Source: a virus
Taxonomy: Duplodnaviria > Heunggongvirae > Uroviricota > Caudoviricetes
DNA: 61,136 bases
IMG/VR virus record: IMGVR_UViG_3300048813_000140
Span: 114,702 to 175,837 of that record
Reading direction: 5' to 3' (one strand)
Within the stretch, counting starts at the first letter, position 1; every line of letters starts with the position of its first letter. The notes beneath the pieces are model-generated. The model searched no databases. It saw only the letters and a list, made by a program, of their open reading frames with translations, and had not been told where the DNA came from. The translations under genes and the position numbers were made by a program. This document shows positions 27,294 through 36,896 of the stretch, piece after piece.

Positions 27294-28916
27294 ATGGACC
27301 AAAATAAGAAGCTTAAACAGGCGGACATGGACAAGTCTGCCAAAAATAAGGCACGTTCTAAAATACTCAAGGCATACACTAGGTTAGCCGGTAAGAACAG
27401 TGCATACCCCACTCGATTAGAAATGAAAGAGTTGGGCTTTAATAGAGATACAATAAGATATTATTTTGGTAACATGGTCGCCCTTAAGAAGACTGCTAAA
27501 GAGTTTGATCCTTCGGCTTTTGAAAAAATTATAGACATTGAAATATTCAATGACGATGCGTTTTCAGAAATCGAAAGAAAAGCAAAAAAGCACAAAGTCT
27601 ATGTTATTCAATCAGTTGTGGCTGGAGCCCCTATTCATGACAATTTGTTTAAGTCTGTGAAAGCATTCTTAAGTAAGAAAAATGGCATGCATTTGATAAT
27701 TCCAGCCGATTACGCCTTGCAAGATATAGACCCTGTGCTTATGGCCGATACCGACATAAATATCGTATTTAGGACACTTAATCTAAATTCCAACATTTGC
27801 GTCGATCCCATCAAAATTGATCCAAAACAAGTAGATCCAGTGATTGGACTGTCAGATTTAGCCCATTCCGAAACCGTGATTATCGGTTCCCCAAAGCAAC
27901 GTAGAATTTCGGTATCCAATTCAAATAAGAAATTGTCCAGGATGATTCAATCAACTGGAGCACTTACGAAACCCAACTACACACCTAGAAGCGGCGTTCC
28001 CCTAAGAAGGGACACTTTAGCGGAAAAGCACCACAGAATGGGCGGAGTGATCGTCGAGATCGTTGATAATAAATTGTACCACTTCAGGCATTTTGAAATG
28101 TGTAAAGATGGGTCCTTCAATGACCTTTTTTACAACTACAGTAAAGACGGCATCAAATACGTGGGCTGCGAAGCTATTATCCAAGGCGATAAACATGTAG
28201 GCGATACGGACCCAGCTGTAAATGCTGCAGTAGATGAGATGTGTAAAATTGGCAAACCCAAGTACCGCGTAGAGCATGATTTCTTTAACGGTAAGAGTGT
28301 AAATCCCCACGGCGAAGATGATCACATTGAACTGGCCCAATTGGCAGAGCAAGGATTACTAAACCTAAGAGATGAACTAGAGATGTGCGCCGACGAAATC
28401 AAGAGGGTCATGAAGCTTAAATCCTCTAAAACACACGTAATTGTAGAATCTAACCATAATGATTGGATTAGACAATATCTCAAAAAAGGTAAATTCAGTA
28501 ACGAAAACAGGCTTATATGTGCTAAACTCCTAGCTGCAGTAATCGAGGGTAAACAACCCTTTTCAGCTGCAATGGAACTATTCGGCGTTAAGGCTGGACC
28601 TGAACTTATCTTCCTAGAGTTGGACGACGACTTCATAGTAGAAGGCGTAGCCCTAGGCAATCACGGCCATCTTGGGTCTAACGGACATAGAAATCCTGGA
28701 TGTAAGGGTATGTTCAAGGCTTACGGCAAATGCTCATTTGGTCACACACATCACGGTGAAATTTGGCATGATGCTCAAAACGTAGGGACTTCAACCTATA
28801 TGAAACTTAGTTACAATAAAGGAGCCTCTTCTTGGGATAACTCTCAAGGAATACTGTATGCAGGCGGCACAAGGCAACTTGTAAACGTAATATGCGGCAA
28901 ATGGCGAGCAGAATAA
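27294..28916 (+). CDS. T5 A1-like metallophosphoesterase nuclease
   Basis: STGALTKPNY..HHRMGGVIVE, GDKHVG, ESNHND, HGHLGSNG, GHTH, YNKGASSW. Confidence 0.65.
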   Translation: MDQNKKLKQADMDKSAKNKARSKILKAYTRLAGKNSAYPTRLEMKELGFNRDTIRYYFGNMVALKKTAKEFDPSAFEKIIDIEIFNDDAFSEIERKAKKHKVYVIQSVVAGAPIHDNLFKSVKAFLSKKNGMHLIIPADYALQDIDPVLMADTDINIVFRTLNLNSNICVDPIKIDPKQVDPVIGLSDLAHSETVIIGSPKQRRISVSNSNKKLSRMIQSTGALTKPNYTPRSGVPLRRDTLAEKHHRMGGVIVEIVDNKLYHFRHFEMCKDGSFNDLFYNYSKDGIKYVGCEAIIQGDKHVGDTDPAVNAAVDEMCKIGKPKYRVEHDFFNGKSVNPHGEDDHIELAQLAEQGLLNLRDELEMCADEIKRVMKLKSSKTHVIVESNHNDWIRQYLKKGKFSNENRLICAKLLAAVIEGKQPFSAAMELFGVKAGPELIFLELDDDFIVEGVALGNHGHLGSNGHRNPGCKGMFKAYGKCSFGHTHHGEIWHDAQNVGTSTYMKLSYNKGASSWDNSQGILYAGGTRQLVNVICGKWRAE

Positions 28917-28919
28917 TGC

Positions 28920-29312
28920 ATGGACAAAAATTTCTACAACTTAGAGACCATCGAAGCTGAGCTTTTTAATATAGAATACAACATTGATCTGGTCAACATA
29001 AACTTGGCCAGAGCAGAATCGGATATTACGACATTGCAACACCTTCAACTCAAAATTGAAGAGAATATAGATGCCCTAAAACATAACGGTATACCCCTGA
29101 TTGCCGAGTTTAAGAGGGCCAAAGAAGATCTGGACAGGGTTAAGCTTAGTTTAGTTACGCTAACTAACAATAGAGAAGTTTTCAATAAGCAGGTCATAAC
29201 CCTGCAAGAATCATTTGAAAAGTGCAAAAATCGAAAAACCTTAGCTATAAAGTTCGGACAATCAAAAATAGTACAGGGCAACTTTGGGAGCAAAAATGGC
29301 AGACAAGACTGA
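28920..29312 (+). CDS. coiled-coil hypothetical protein
   Basis: 130 aa with heptad pattern. Confidence 0.65.
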   Translation: MDKNFYNLETIEAELFNIEYNIDLVNINLARAESDITTLQHLQLKIEENIDALKHNGIPLIAEFKRAKEDLDRVKLSLVTLTNNREVFNKQVITLQESFEKCKNRKTLAIKFGQSKIVQGNFGSKNGRQD

Positions 29313-29523
29313 GCTGCAAAATAAAATAAACACGGAAGAAGACTACATCAGATGTCCTAAATTCCATAATTCTATGGCCAAATTTTTAGCCAACGCTAAA
29401 AATTCCGAGGGTGTCAAAAACAACATCATAGCTAGATTGCTCATGATGTCAAAAGAAGAAGTCGAAAAACTATACGAAGAAGCTGTGCAAATGCTTAAAG
29501 ACGACATGTTGGACGTAGAATGA
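29296..29523 (+). CDS. stand-alone sigma region 4.2-like HTH protein
   Basis: IARLLMMSKEEVEKLYEEAVQMLK fits the IAxxLxxSxxxVxxxxxxAxxxLK register; GGGAG RBS before ATG 29296. Confidence 0.55.
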   Translation: MADKTELQNKINTEEDYIRCPKFHNSMAKFLANAKNSEGVKNNIIARLLMMSKEEVEKLYEEAVQMLKDDMLDVE

Positions 29524-29696
29524 CAGTAGCAGAATTAATCAAAGAACTACAGAAGATGCCAGAACAAGACGTAGAGGTTTGGCTAGCAATACCTATTGAT
29601 GACGACGATTCTGGAGAACAAAATATTTACCCAATAATTTACGTTCAGGATTACCCCACTACTAGGTTTCCAGGAAGCGTACAGATAAAAGCATGA
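29520..29696 (+). CDS. hypothetical protein (58 aa, MTVAELIKELQKMP)
   Basis: read manually; ATGA overlaps at both ends; common small phage protein N-terminus. Confidence 0.65.
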   Translation: MTVAELIKELQKMPEQDVEVWLAIPIDDDDSGEQNIYPIIYVQDYPTTRFPGSVQIKA

Positions 29697-29929
29697 GCAA
29701 TAATTCTGAAGAATTTTTAGAAGAATTTCACAAGCATACTATCTCAGACTCAAATCAAAGCTACCTGTTATTGACAGATCAGGCGTTATACATGCTTAGT
29801 GGCGTATTTGAGAATTGGCCATTCTTAGAGGGAGCAATAGATAAGACCAATAAGTATCGTATAAATATACGTAAATACGATTTTGAGTTATTCTTTCTTC
29901 CTGCGATTAAGAGACTTTATGAAAATTGA
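29693..29929 (+). CDS. hypothetical protein
   Basis: 78 aa coupled ORF. Confidence 0.55.
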   Translation: MSNNSEEFLEEFHKHTISDSNQSYLLLTDQALYMLSGVFENWPFLEGAIDKTNKYRINIRKYDFELFFLPAIKRLYEN

Positions 29930-30572
29930 AGTATTTTCAGATGGGTCCGCAACGATAGCCAGTAAGCCTGGTGGATATGGTTGGGTTCTAACGATTGATG
30001 GCACTAAACATTCCGAAGGCAATGGGTTTCTTGAAAAATCTACAAATAACGATGCTGAGATGGAAGCCGCCATATATGGCCTAATTGCTGTCCAGAAGTA
30101 CGTATTCGCCAACCCTGGGGAGTATGAAGTCACCCTATGCTCAGACAGCCAAATCACCTTGGGATGGGCTAACGGCACCTACAAGTTCAAACAAGAGGCC
30201 AAGTACAAACGATTTGAGATCCTAAAGGAACTCATGGTACGTTTAAAGGCCAAAACCCGATGGGTCCGTGGACATTCCGGGGATTTCCACAACGAACGCT
30301 GCGATAAGCTTGCCACGCTGGGTCGTCACAGATTGGGACCTAACGACAAGATGCCTCCAAAGAAAAGTATCAAAAAGCCTAAAGAAGAAAAACCCCGTAT
30401 AATTCACGAACCTAAGCCTAATATCGGCAAGAAAAAAGATAATGTATTCAATATTTGGTTCAAGGGTAAATTAAAAATCATTGACTTAGAATCAAATATA
30501 TGCGAGAATCATGATGTACAAAAGCATGGTATTCGCAATTCGCGCATGGAGTACAGAAACGGAGAGAAATAG
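29919..30572 (+). CDS. rnhA: ribonuclease HI
   Basis: FSDGS, TNNDAEMEA, SDSQ, WVRGHSG..NERCDKLA; basic C-terminal extension. Confidence 0.9.
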   Translation: MKIEVFSDGSATIASKPGGYGWVLTIDGTKHSEGNGFLEKSTNNDAEMEAAIYGLIAVQKYVFANPGEYEVTLCSDSQITLGWANGTYKFKQEAKYKRFEILKELMVRLKAKTRWVRGHSGDFHNERCDKLATLGRHRLGPNDKMPPKKSIKKPKEEKPRIIHEPKPNIGKKKDNVFNIWFKGKLKIIDLESNICENHDVQKHGIRNSRMEYRNGEK

Positions 30573-30826
30573 TGAGCTACGAAGAAAACCTAGCCATTAT
30601 AGCCGCTTCCCTAGAGGTACTCAGTAACATACATAACAGATGTGAATATAAAGAAATGGGTGGTTGCGAAGGCATATCAGAAGCCTGTAGCGCCATGACC
30701 CAATATGGCTGGGACGGCAACGGAGAGAATCCCAACAGGGATCTCATGATGTGCGAATATCACTATAAAGAATATAAACGATTTTGGGAGGATCAATGGG
30801 CAGACTATTATGCATCTGTGCGGTAA
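30572..30826 (+). CDS. hypothetical Cys-containing protein
   Basis: 84 aa. Confidence 0.55.
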   Translation: MSYEENLAIIAASLEVLSNIHNRCEYKEMGGCEGISEACSAMTQYGWDGNGENPNRDLMMCEYHYKEYKRFWEDQWADYYASVR

Positions 30827-30990
30827 CGCTATTTTTGGTTGGATGTTCGTCATCTGAGAAATATCTCACAAATGAGGATTTCTTCAAACACGTTCAGTCT
30901 TATTGCGAGACTACAACAAACGAAGGACATCCAGAAAGAGCGCCTGGGACACAATTCGTGAAATGCTTACACGCATGGGGATATAAATGA
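30796..30990 (+). CDS. small predicted lipoprotein
   Basis: lipobox LFLVGC; GGAGG RBS before ATG 30796. Confidence 0.55.
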   Translation: MGRLLCICAVTLFLVGCSSSEKYLTNEDFFKHVQSYCETTTNEGHPERAPGTQFVKCLHAWGYK

Positions 30991-31175
30991 ATCACAACAA
31001 GCCAGTACACTACGAAGATATCAATGATCGTCCAGGCGCACCCAGCCTATGTGGGAATAAGGATAGAAGCTCTATAGTTTGTGCTGATCCTGCGCAAGTG
31101 ACTTGTGATATATGCCTAGAGAAGTTTAATAGTATAGCGGATAATTCCGAAGAAAAGCCAAAGGAAGAAGAATGA
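30987..31175 (+). CDS. small Zn-finger-like protein
   Basis: H..SLCG..VTCDIC. Confidence 0.55.
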   Translation: MNHNKPVHYEDINDRPGAPSLCGNKDRSSIVCADPAQVTCDICLEKFNSIADNSEEKPKEEE

Positions 31176-31711
31176 AGATCTGGAGAGTTTTAGCTTCGGG
31201 TTTTATCGAAGTAGACATGTCTAAAGAAATGATCGATGCAGCAGAAAAGAGAAACCAAGAATTCTACTCTAAGTACGGCAACAAAGGTACTCATAGACAG
31301 GACAAAACCAGACAAAGAATGACTGGATACCTGGCAGAAATGGCAGTTAAGCACGTTTTTAACAAATTAGAATTCAGCGAGGACGACTCTGTTGATTTCG
31401 TATTTAATGGCGTTACGTTTGATGTTAAGGCTCAAGGATGTAATAGTGCTCCAGAACTTAAGTTCGTAGGAACTTTATATGAAGAGCAGGCATCTAGGAA
31501 TGTAGATTTCTACATATTTGCTAGGGTCAAAAACGATTCTTCAAAGGTGTGGATTGCCGGATTCATATCAAAAAACAAACTTTTCAAAACTGCGCAATTA
31601 ATTTCAAAGGGTACGGCTAATGAAAATTTTACCTACGATCAATCTAGGTATGAAATTCCGTACTTCAAATTAGAAAAAGCTAAAAACGTAGGACTAAGGA
31701 ACGAATTATGA
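31172..31711 (+). CDS. PD-(D/E)xK-like nuclease family protein
   Basis: GYLAEMAV..DFVFNGVTFDVKAQ..DFYIFARV. Confidence 0.55.
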   Translation: MKIWRVLASGFIEVDMSKEMIDAAEKRNQEFYSKYGNKGTHRQDKTRQRMTGYLAEMAVKHVFNKLEFSEDDSVDFVFNGVTFDVKAQGCNSAPELKFVGTLYEEQASRNVDFYIFARVKNDSSKVWIAGFISKNKLFKTAQLISKGTANENFTYDQSRYEIPYFKLEKAKNVGLRNEL

Positions 31712-32355
31712 GCCAACTTTATATGGCATGGGATACTGAGACCGGTGGCCTTAATGAGAACAAGGCAGATCTATTGACGGCATACTTTGCCATTATGGAT
31801 GAAGATTACAAAATCATAGAAGACCTTTACCTGAAACTTAAGCCAGACGACGGCAGGATGCCAATAGCTGAAGCTGGGGCTTTAAAGGTCAATGGAATCA
31901 ATATTCAGAATCATATGGCCGATCCAGAAACTGTTCCCTATAAAGAGGGTCAAGCCAGACTGGAAGCTCTAATTAAGCGTCATCTCAAGCGCAATGGTCG
32001 ATTTTCTAACATTACTCCCATGGGATACAATTGCCCATTCGACGTTCGTTGGACTCAAAAATACTTGCTCTCTCAGGAGAACTGGGAAAGCCTTTTGCAC
32101 TATAAGACACATGATGTCATGGGAGCCGTTGACTTCCTTAAGAAAGCTGGGTGGTTCCCCAAAACTCTAGGTTCTTTGGCGACAGTCGTAGAATACCTTG
32201 CAATTCCTACCAGGAACGCGCATAATGCTAAAGAAGATACTCTCATGACTATCGATGTTGATAAGAAAATCATGGACATTATGAAGTCTAAAAAAGATGG
32301 TGGCGGTGGTGGTGGCGGACAGGCCGATCTTATATCATTATTAGAAGCGGAATAA
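31708..32355 (+). CDS. dnaQ: DEDDh 3'-5' exonuclease (DnaQ/Pol III epsilon-like)
   Basis: WDTETGG, YNCPFD, HNAKED; poly-Gly linker and C-terminal QADLI. Confidence 0.85.
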   Translation: MSQLYMAWDTETGGLNENKADLLTAYFAIMDEDYKIIEDLYLKLKPDDGRMPIAEAGALKVNGINIQNHMADPETVPYKEGQARLEALIKRHLKRNGRFSNITPMGYNCPFDVRWTQKYLLSQENWESLLHYKTHDVMGAVDFLKKAGWFPKTLGSLATVVEYLAIPTRNAHNAKEDTLMTIDVDKKIMDIMKSKKDGGGGGGGQADLISLLEAE

Positions 32356-32381
32356 TGGGAAAAACTTAAAAAAGGTGAAGA

Positions 32382-32615
32382 ATGAGCGATCAAATTAGAT
32401 CAAATATAGCAGGTGGAATTGAAGTGGTAGCATTAGTTGCGATATTACCTCTTATGTTAGTTGGATTCGCAGTAGCATTCCCACTACAATTACTGGCTGA
32501 CAAAATTCATTCCCATACATATAGTTATGGCGGTTCAAAGTGGGACGAAGAAGAGATGGAATATTATGTTAAATGCGAAACGTGTGGTAGAAGAAGCAAA
32601 AGTGATGGTAATTAA
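32382..32615 (+). CDS. small membrane protein
   Basis: one long hydrophobic stretch; C-terminal CETC. Confidence 0.55.
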   Translation: MSDQIRSNIAGGIEVVALVAILPLMLVGFAVAFPLQLLADKIHSHTYSYGGSKWDEEEMEYYVKCETCGRRSKSDGN

Positions 32616-32785
32616 TGGAGCCATCTGATTATTTCGAAGAAATCGACGGTAAGTGGCACTTCTACGATGAAACGTGGTTACGTCATGGTCCATATGATAC
32701 AAAAGAGGAATGCGTTAAAGCGTTTGAAAAGTACTGCAACTGGCTTGATGTAATGATAGAACACGTAAGTGGAGAATTTGAATGA
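32615..32785 (+). CDS. hypothetical protein (56 aa)
   Basis: read manually: GKWHFYDETW..HGPYDTKEEC; coupled on both sides. Confidence 0.55.
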   Translation: MEPSDYFEEIDGKWHFYDETWLRHGPYDTKEECVKAFEKYCNWLDVMIEHVSGEFE

Positions 32786-32925
32786 GCGGTTATGAAAAAT
32801 TTACAGTAGTCATTAAGATGTTAGCTACGGCTGCAATGGTATTCAAAACACTTTATTTTGGTCCTGTAGGCGCTGCATCAGGCGCTTGTGATGGATTGAT
32901 ATTCGCTGCCATCTGGTTCTTTTGA
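32782..32925 (+). CDS. small hydrophobic protein (47 aa)
   Basis: read manually; ATGA overlap; precedes dnaE RBS. Confidence 0.5.
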   Translation: MSGYEKFTVVIKMLATAAMVFKTLYFGPVGAASGACDGLIFAAIWFF

Positions 32926-32931
32926 GGTAAC

Positions 32932-35790
32932 ATGGAAACTAATCTAGCTACAAGTCCACACTGTCACGTTGAGAGCCATTTAACCAGTAGCACGCTGGGC
33001 ACCTTCATTGATAAAGCCAAAGCGCTAAAACGTACACACTTCGCATACACCGATAGCGGTGGACTATCATCAGCCCTAAAAGCCTATAGTATGTGCAAAA
33101 AGAAGGGCTTAAAGTTCATTGCAGGCCTGGAATTCTACTTCAAAGATCCGCAATGTCCTTTTGTGTCAGGTACTCCGGCAGACCGTTGTAAATATTTCAC
33201 GGCTTCTATTTATTGCAAAGACCAAGCCGCCTACCAAGCACTCTGCAAATTGGTATCCAAGCCAGATTTCGCCAAAATCCAAATGTACGAAGAGTCACAG
33301 CAGCTGTGGACCTGGAAGGACTTAGAACATATGTCTAAGTTCAATGTAAGCCTGGTACTTAGCGGACCACACTGCATGGTTGGGAAACCTATGCTCGCTG
33401 GTCATGCAGATATAGGACAAAATGTATTCCTAAAATTGAAAGAAATCTTCAAAGAAGACCTATGGGTGGCACTATTGGCTGAGCCCTGGACTAAGAAATG
33501 GTCAAATGTCGTAGAGATCAAGTATACTGACGGCACCAAAGAATCGCTCATGTCAGATACTATACTGGCTACCAATCGATCTCGTAGGATTAAAGCTGCC
33601 GACTTAAGCAAAAAATCTGGTCACACTACCGTGAAGTCCAAAACCGTAGGACTCGCCTATACGGAAATCAACAAAGACATTGATAGCATAAGATCGCACA
33701 GCGGATTCTTACCACTCCCAGGCGGAGACGCCACCCTAAAGGTCAACAAATTCCTAATGGCCTTAGCTAATAAGCATGATAACTTTGTCATGGTCTCAGA
33801 TTACGCGTACTATGCCTCAAAAGACGATAAAATCGTGCAAACGATGAAATTAGAAGGAAATAACAAGCTACAGCCCAATTTGTACATGAAAGATTTTGTG
33901 GAAATGGGCAGGTACCTCGTTGATGTTTTGGGCATTGACGAATTGCAAGCTTCAGTCTATCTGAACAACAATGCTTCCTGGGCTAAGGATTTTGATAACT
34001 TTTCTCTAAAGTACGAGATGAAATTGGTCAATTCTGATGAAGATCCCTATCAAAAGGCTATGGGTTTAATTCGGAAAAATGGACGCATGCAGTGGGATAA
34101 TCCCGTATGGATGGATAGGCTCAAAGAAGAATTCAATGTTTTGGCCAAAAATCCTGTAAAGAACTTCTTGCCATATTTCTTCCCTATTATTGGGGTTAAC
34201 GAGTTCTATAAGAAAAACAATAAGTTGGTGGGTGTTGCCAGGGGATCTGCCGGTGGATCGCTTCTGTGCTACCTCATGGGTGTTACGAATTTAAACCCTA
34301 TGAAGTATAATTTAAGCTTCAGTCGATTCATGTCTTTAGATCGTATCAAGAACGGTGACTGGCCCGACGTGGACTCTGACTATTCTGACAAGACCCTCCT
34401 GTTCGACAAAGACGGCGTGCCAGGCTACTTGAATCAGACTTATGGTGCTGGTATGGCCCAGGTGGGAACAAAGTCAACCATACGCCTTAAAAGCGCAATA
34501 AAAGATACGAACCGATATTTCAATGGATCAGTCGAGCCCGAAATTGAAGTTTTTACAAAAGGTCTGCCCCAACCACCGCAAGGCGTCACAGATGCAAAAT
34601 TCGTGTTTGGTTACGAAGACGACGAGGGAAATCACATCCCAGGTCTGATTGAACAATCCGAGGACTTACAGAAATACATCGAAAAGCGACCAGATGAATG
34701 GGCTATCGTAAGTAAGGCTATGGGGCTCACCAGATCTCAGTCCGTACATGCCTGTGCCGTTCTATTGTCCAGTATTCCTCTCGATGATATCATTCCCCTA
34801 AGAGAAGGTCACATAACGCAGTATGAGGCTAAAGAAACCGAAACTGCGGGACTTATTAAATATGACTTCCTGGGAGTCGATCAAGTCTTGGATATTGAAG
34901 TTTGTTTAAAACTGCTCAATAAAAGAAATGGCGATGATTTTGAAATTGGCTATTTTATGCACAATGGACAAAAATTAAACATTTGGGATCTTCCAGAAGA
35001 TCTAGATGTTCACAAAAGCATTTGGGGCGGCGAAACTGCTACCATATTTCAGCTACATACTCCTACCATGATTCCAGTCGTAAAGGAAATATTACCACAA
35101 TCAGTGGAAGACATATCAACTATTTTAGCCCTGAATCGTCCTGGTCCTATAGATTATATCGATGAAAATACTGGCAGAAACATGGTTCAAGAGTATATTT
35201 GTCGTCGTAAGGGCGAAAGCGAACCAGATTTTCCAGAATTAGCTAAACTTATCCCTGAGACCTATGGCGTAATCGTATTCCAAGAACAGCAGTTGAAAAT
35301 CGCCAAAGAAGTGGGTGGCATGGCTCCCGATCAGGCAGAAAATCTTAGAAGACTGTTTGCAAAGAAGAAAAAAGTTGAAGCTTTAGAAATGAAGCCCATT
35401 TTCATGAAAACTGCAGTCGACAAATTAGGCAAAGAAAAGGCTGAGAAACTTTGGGCCATGATGGAGACATTTGCTAGGTATTCTTTTAACTGCATAGGAG
35501 AAGATCAGAAAATACTAACAAAAACAGGACATTATACGATCAAGGAAATTTCAGACAACCCTCGGCTTTACGATGTCGCATGCATTGACATATGCAATAG
35601 TAATCTTACGTATGAGAAACCGTCTTTTGGGGCTGAAAAGGGTACTAAAGAAGTGTGGACAGTAGAATTAAACGATGGTACTATAATTGAAGCAACTCCA
35701 GACCATAGATTTTGGTCCGAAGGAAGTTGGATAACCTTAAAAGACATAGTAGAACAGGAGTTGCCATTCTGTGTCGTTAAAACAGATTAA
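32932..35790 (+). CDS. dnaE: DNA polymerase III alpha subunit, N-terminal part fused to N-intein
   Basis: PHP domain, RGSAGGSLL, WPDVDSD, HACAV, KYDFLG, ALNRPGP, VFQEQ; ends FARYSFN followed by N-intein. Confidence 0.93.
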   Translation: METNLATSPHCHVESHLTSSTLGTFIDKAKALKRTHFAYTDSGGLSSALKAYSMCKKKGLKFIAGLEFYFKDPQCPFVSGTPADRCKYFTASIYCKDQAAYQALCKLVSKPDFAKIQMYEESQQLWTWKDLEHMSKFNVSLVLSGPHCMVGKPMLAGHADIGQNVFLKLKEIFKEDLWVALLAEPWTKKWSNVVEIKYTDGTKESLMSDTILATNRSRRIKAADLSKKSGHTTVKSKTVGLAYTEINKDIDSIRSHSGFLPLPGGDATLKVNKFLMALANKHDNFVMVSDYAYYASKDDKIVQTMKLEGNNKLQPNLYMKDFVEMGRYLVDVLGIDELQASVYLNNNASWAKDFDNFSLKYEMKLVNSDEDPYQKAMGLIRKNGRMQWDNPVWMDRLKEEFNVLAKNPVKNFLPYFFPIIGVNEFYKKNNKLVGVARGSAGGSLLCYLMGVTNLNPMKYNLSFSRFMSLDRIKNGDWPDVDSDYSDKTLLFDKDGVPGYLNQTYGAGMAQVGTKSTIRLKSAIKDTNRYFNGSVEPEIEVFTKGLPQPPQGVTDAKFVFGYEDDEGNHIPGLIEQSEDLQKYIEKRPDEWAIVSKAMGLTRSQSVHACAVLLSSIPLDDIIPLREGHITQYEAKETETAGLIKYDFLGVDQVLDIEVCLKLLNKRNGDDFEIGYFMHNGQKLNIWDLPEDLDVHKSIWGGETATIFQLHTPTMIPVVKEILPQSVEDISTILALNRPGPIDYIDENTGRNMVQEYICRRKGESEPDFPELAKLIPETYGVIVFQEQQLKIAKEVGGMAPDQAENLRRLFAKKKKVEALEMKPIFMKTAVDKLGKEKAEKLWAMMETFARYSFNCIGEDQKILTKTGHYTIKEISDNPRLYDVACIDICNSNLTYEKPSFGAEKGTKEVWTVELNDGTIIEATPDHRFWSEGSWITLKDIVEQELPFCVVKTD
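35491..35790 (+). mobile_element. split intein, N-fragment (99 aa)
   Basis: starts CIGEDQKILT (block A); VELNDGTIIEATPDHRF (block B TxxH); stop follows. Confidence 0.9.
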
Positions 35791-36838
35791 GTGTTATTGC
35801 GGAAGATATATAGCTATAAGGGTTCTTAAAAAACACTTAGAATCCAATATTGTGGACCATGATCGATCCTTTGTAGATTGGTGTACACACATAATAAATC
35901 TTATGAGAGTTAATAGATGGGCATGGGAAAAATCTAAAGGGGTAAATGCTATCAGCGATAGATTTTGGGGTTTTAGAGTACTGTCTAAAGAATGTTTAAT
36001 AGAGGATTTCGCATTTGAATCGCCAAGACCTAAAGGCGTTGCCCCAAAACCTCAATATGATAAAATGTCTAAAAATAGACTTGGTGACGGAAATCCTGCA
36101 TTCAAAAATATAGAAATCTACGATATGGAAGAATTGAAAATATTTGCACAACACGAATTCCAAAAATTAGGAAACAATGAGAGACGATTTCGTTTGTTAG
36201 AAAACATACTAAGAGAAAAATTTCCAGATTTTAGATATAATTTCTATGGAAAATTTAGAGAAAACGACGAAACAAGAGGACACAATTCTAGAAATAAAAT
36301 TTTGGCATTTTTATTAGACAAAGACATTTTTTGGATCGTGGATGCTAAAGCCAAGGATCGCGGCAAATTAATAAAAGTAGGTCAAGACAAATCTCCCAAA
36401 AAGCATTTAATTCTAAACGCTGGGAAAAATGTATTAAAAGGACATACCAGCTTGCCACATAAAATATTGTACAATATGGTTAAGTTCTTAGATCCTATGG
36501 CGAAAATAGAAAAACAAATAGATTATAGAGATACATGGAAAAGTTACGATATTTACAGTCCAGAAAAGAATATTTTAATTGAAATGCATGGCCATATGTG
36601 GCACGACACAAATAAATGTAAGAAAAACCTCATACCGTTAGTTTTTAAAAACGTAAAGAATGACGAAATAAAGAAAGAGTTAGCTCTTTTAAATAGTTTT
36701 AGGTACGAAGTATTCTGGGATGATCAAACCGATATGTGGGAAAATAAATTAGAGGAAATATATGGAAGAAAATCAAAAACCTATGAAGAAGCTTTTTGTG
36801 AAGAGAATAATAAAAAAAGAACAAAAAAGGGTATATGA
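35771..36838 (+). mobile_element. Vsr-like/DUF559 (EDxHD-type) free-standing homing endonuclease
   Basis: YDIYSPEKNILIEMHGHMWHD..DEIKKELA..FRYEVFWD; sits between the dnaE halves; more AT-rich than dnaE. Confidence 0.8.
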
Positions 36839-36896
36839 TATAGAAATGCCATCTCATCACAATTTTGTACTTGAAAATGGCGTAGTAGCCCACAAC
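36762..36896 (+). mobile_element. split intein, C-fragment (45 aa)
   Basis: VYDIEMPSHHNFVLENGVVAHN then Cys+1; GAGG RBS before ATG 36762. Confidence 0.9.
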
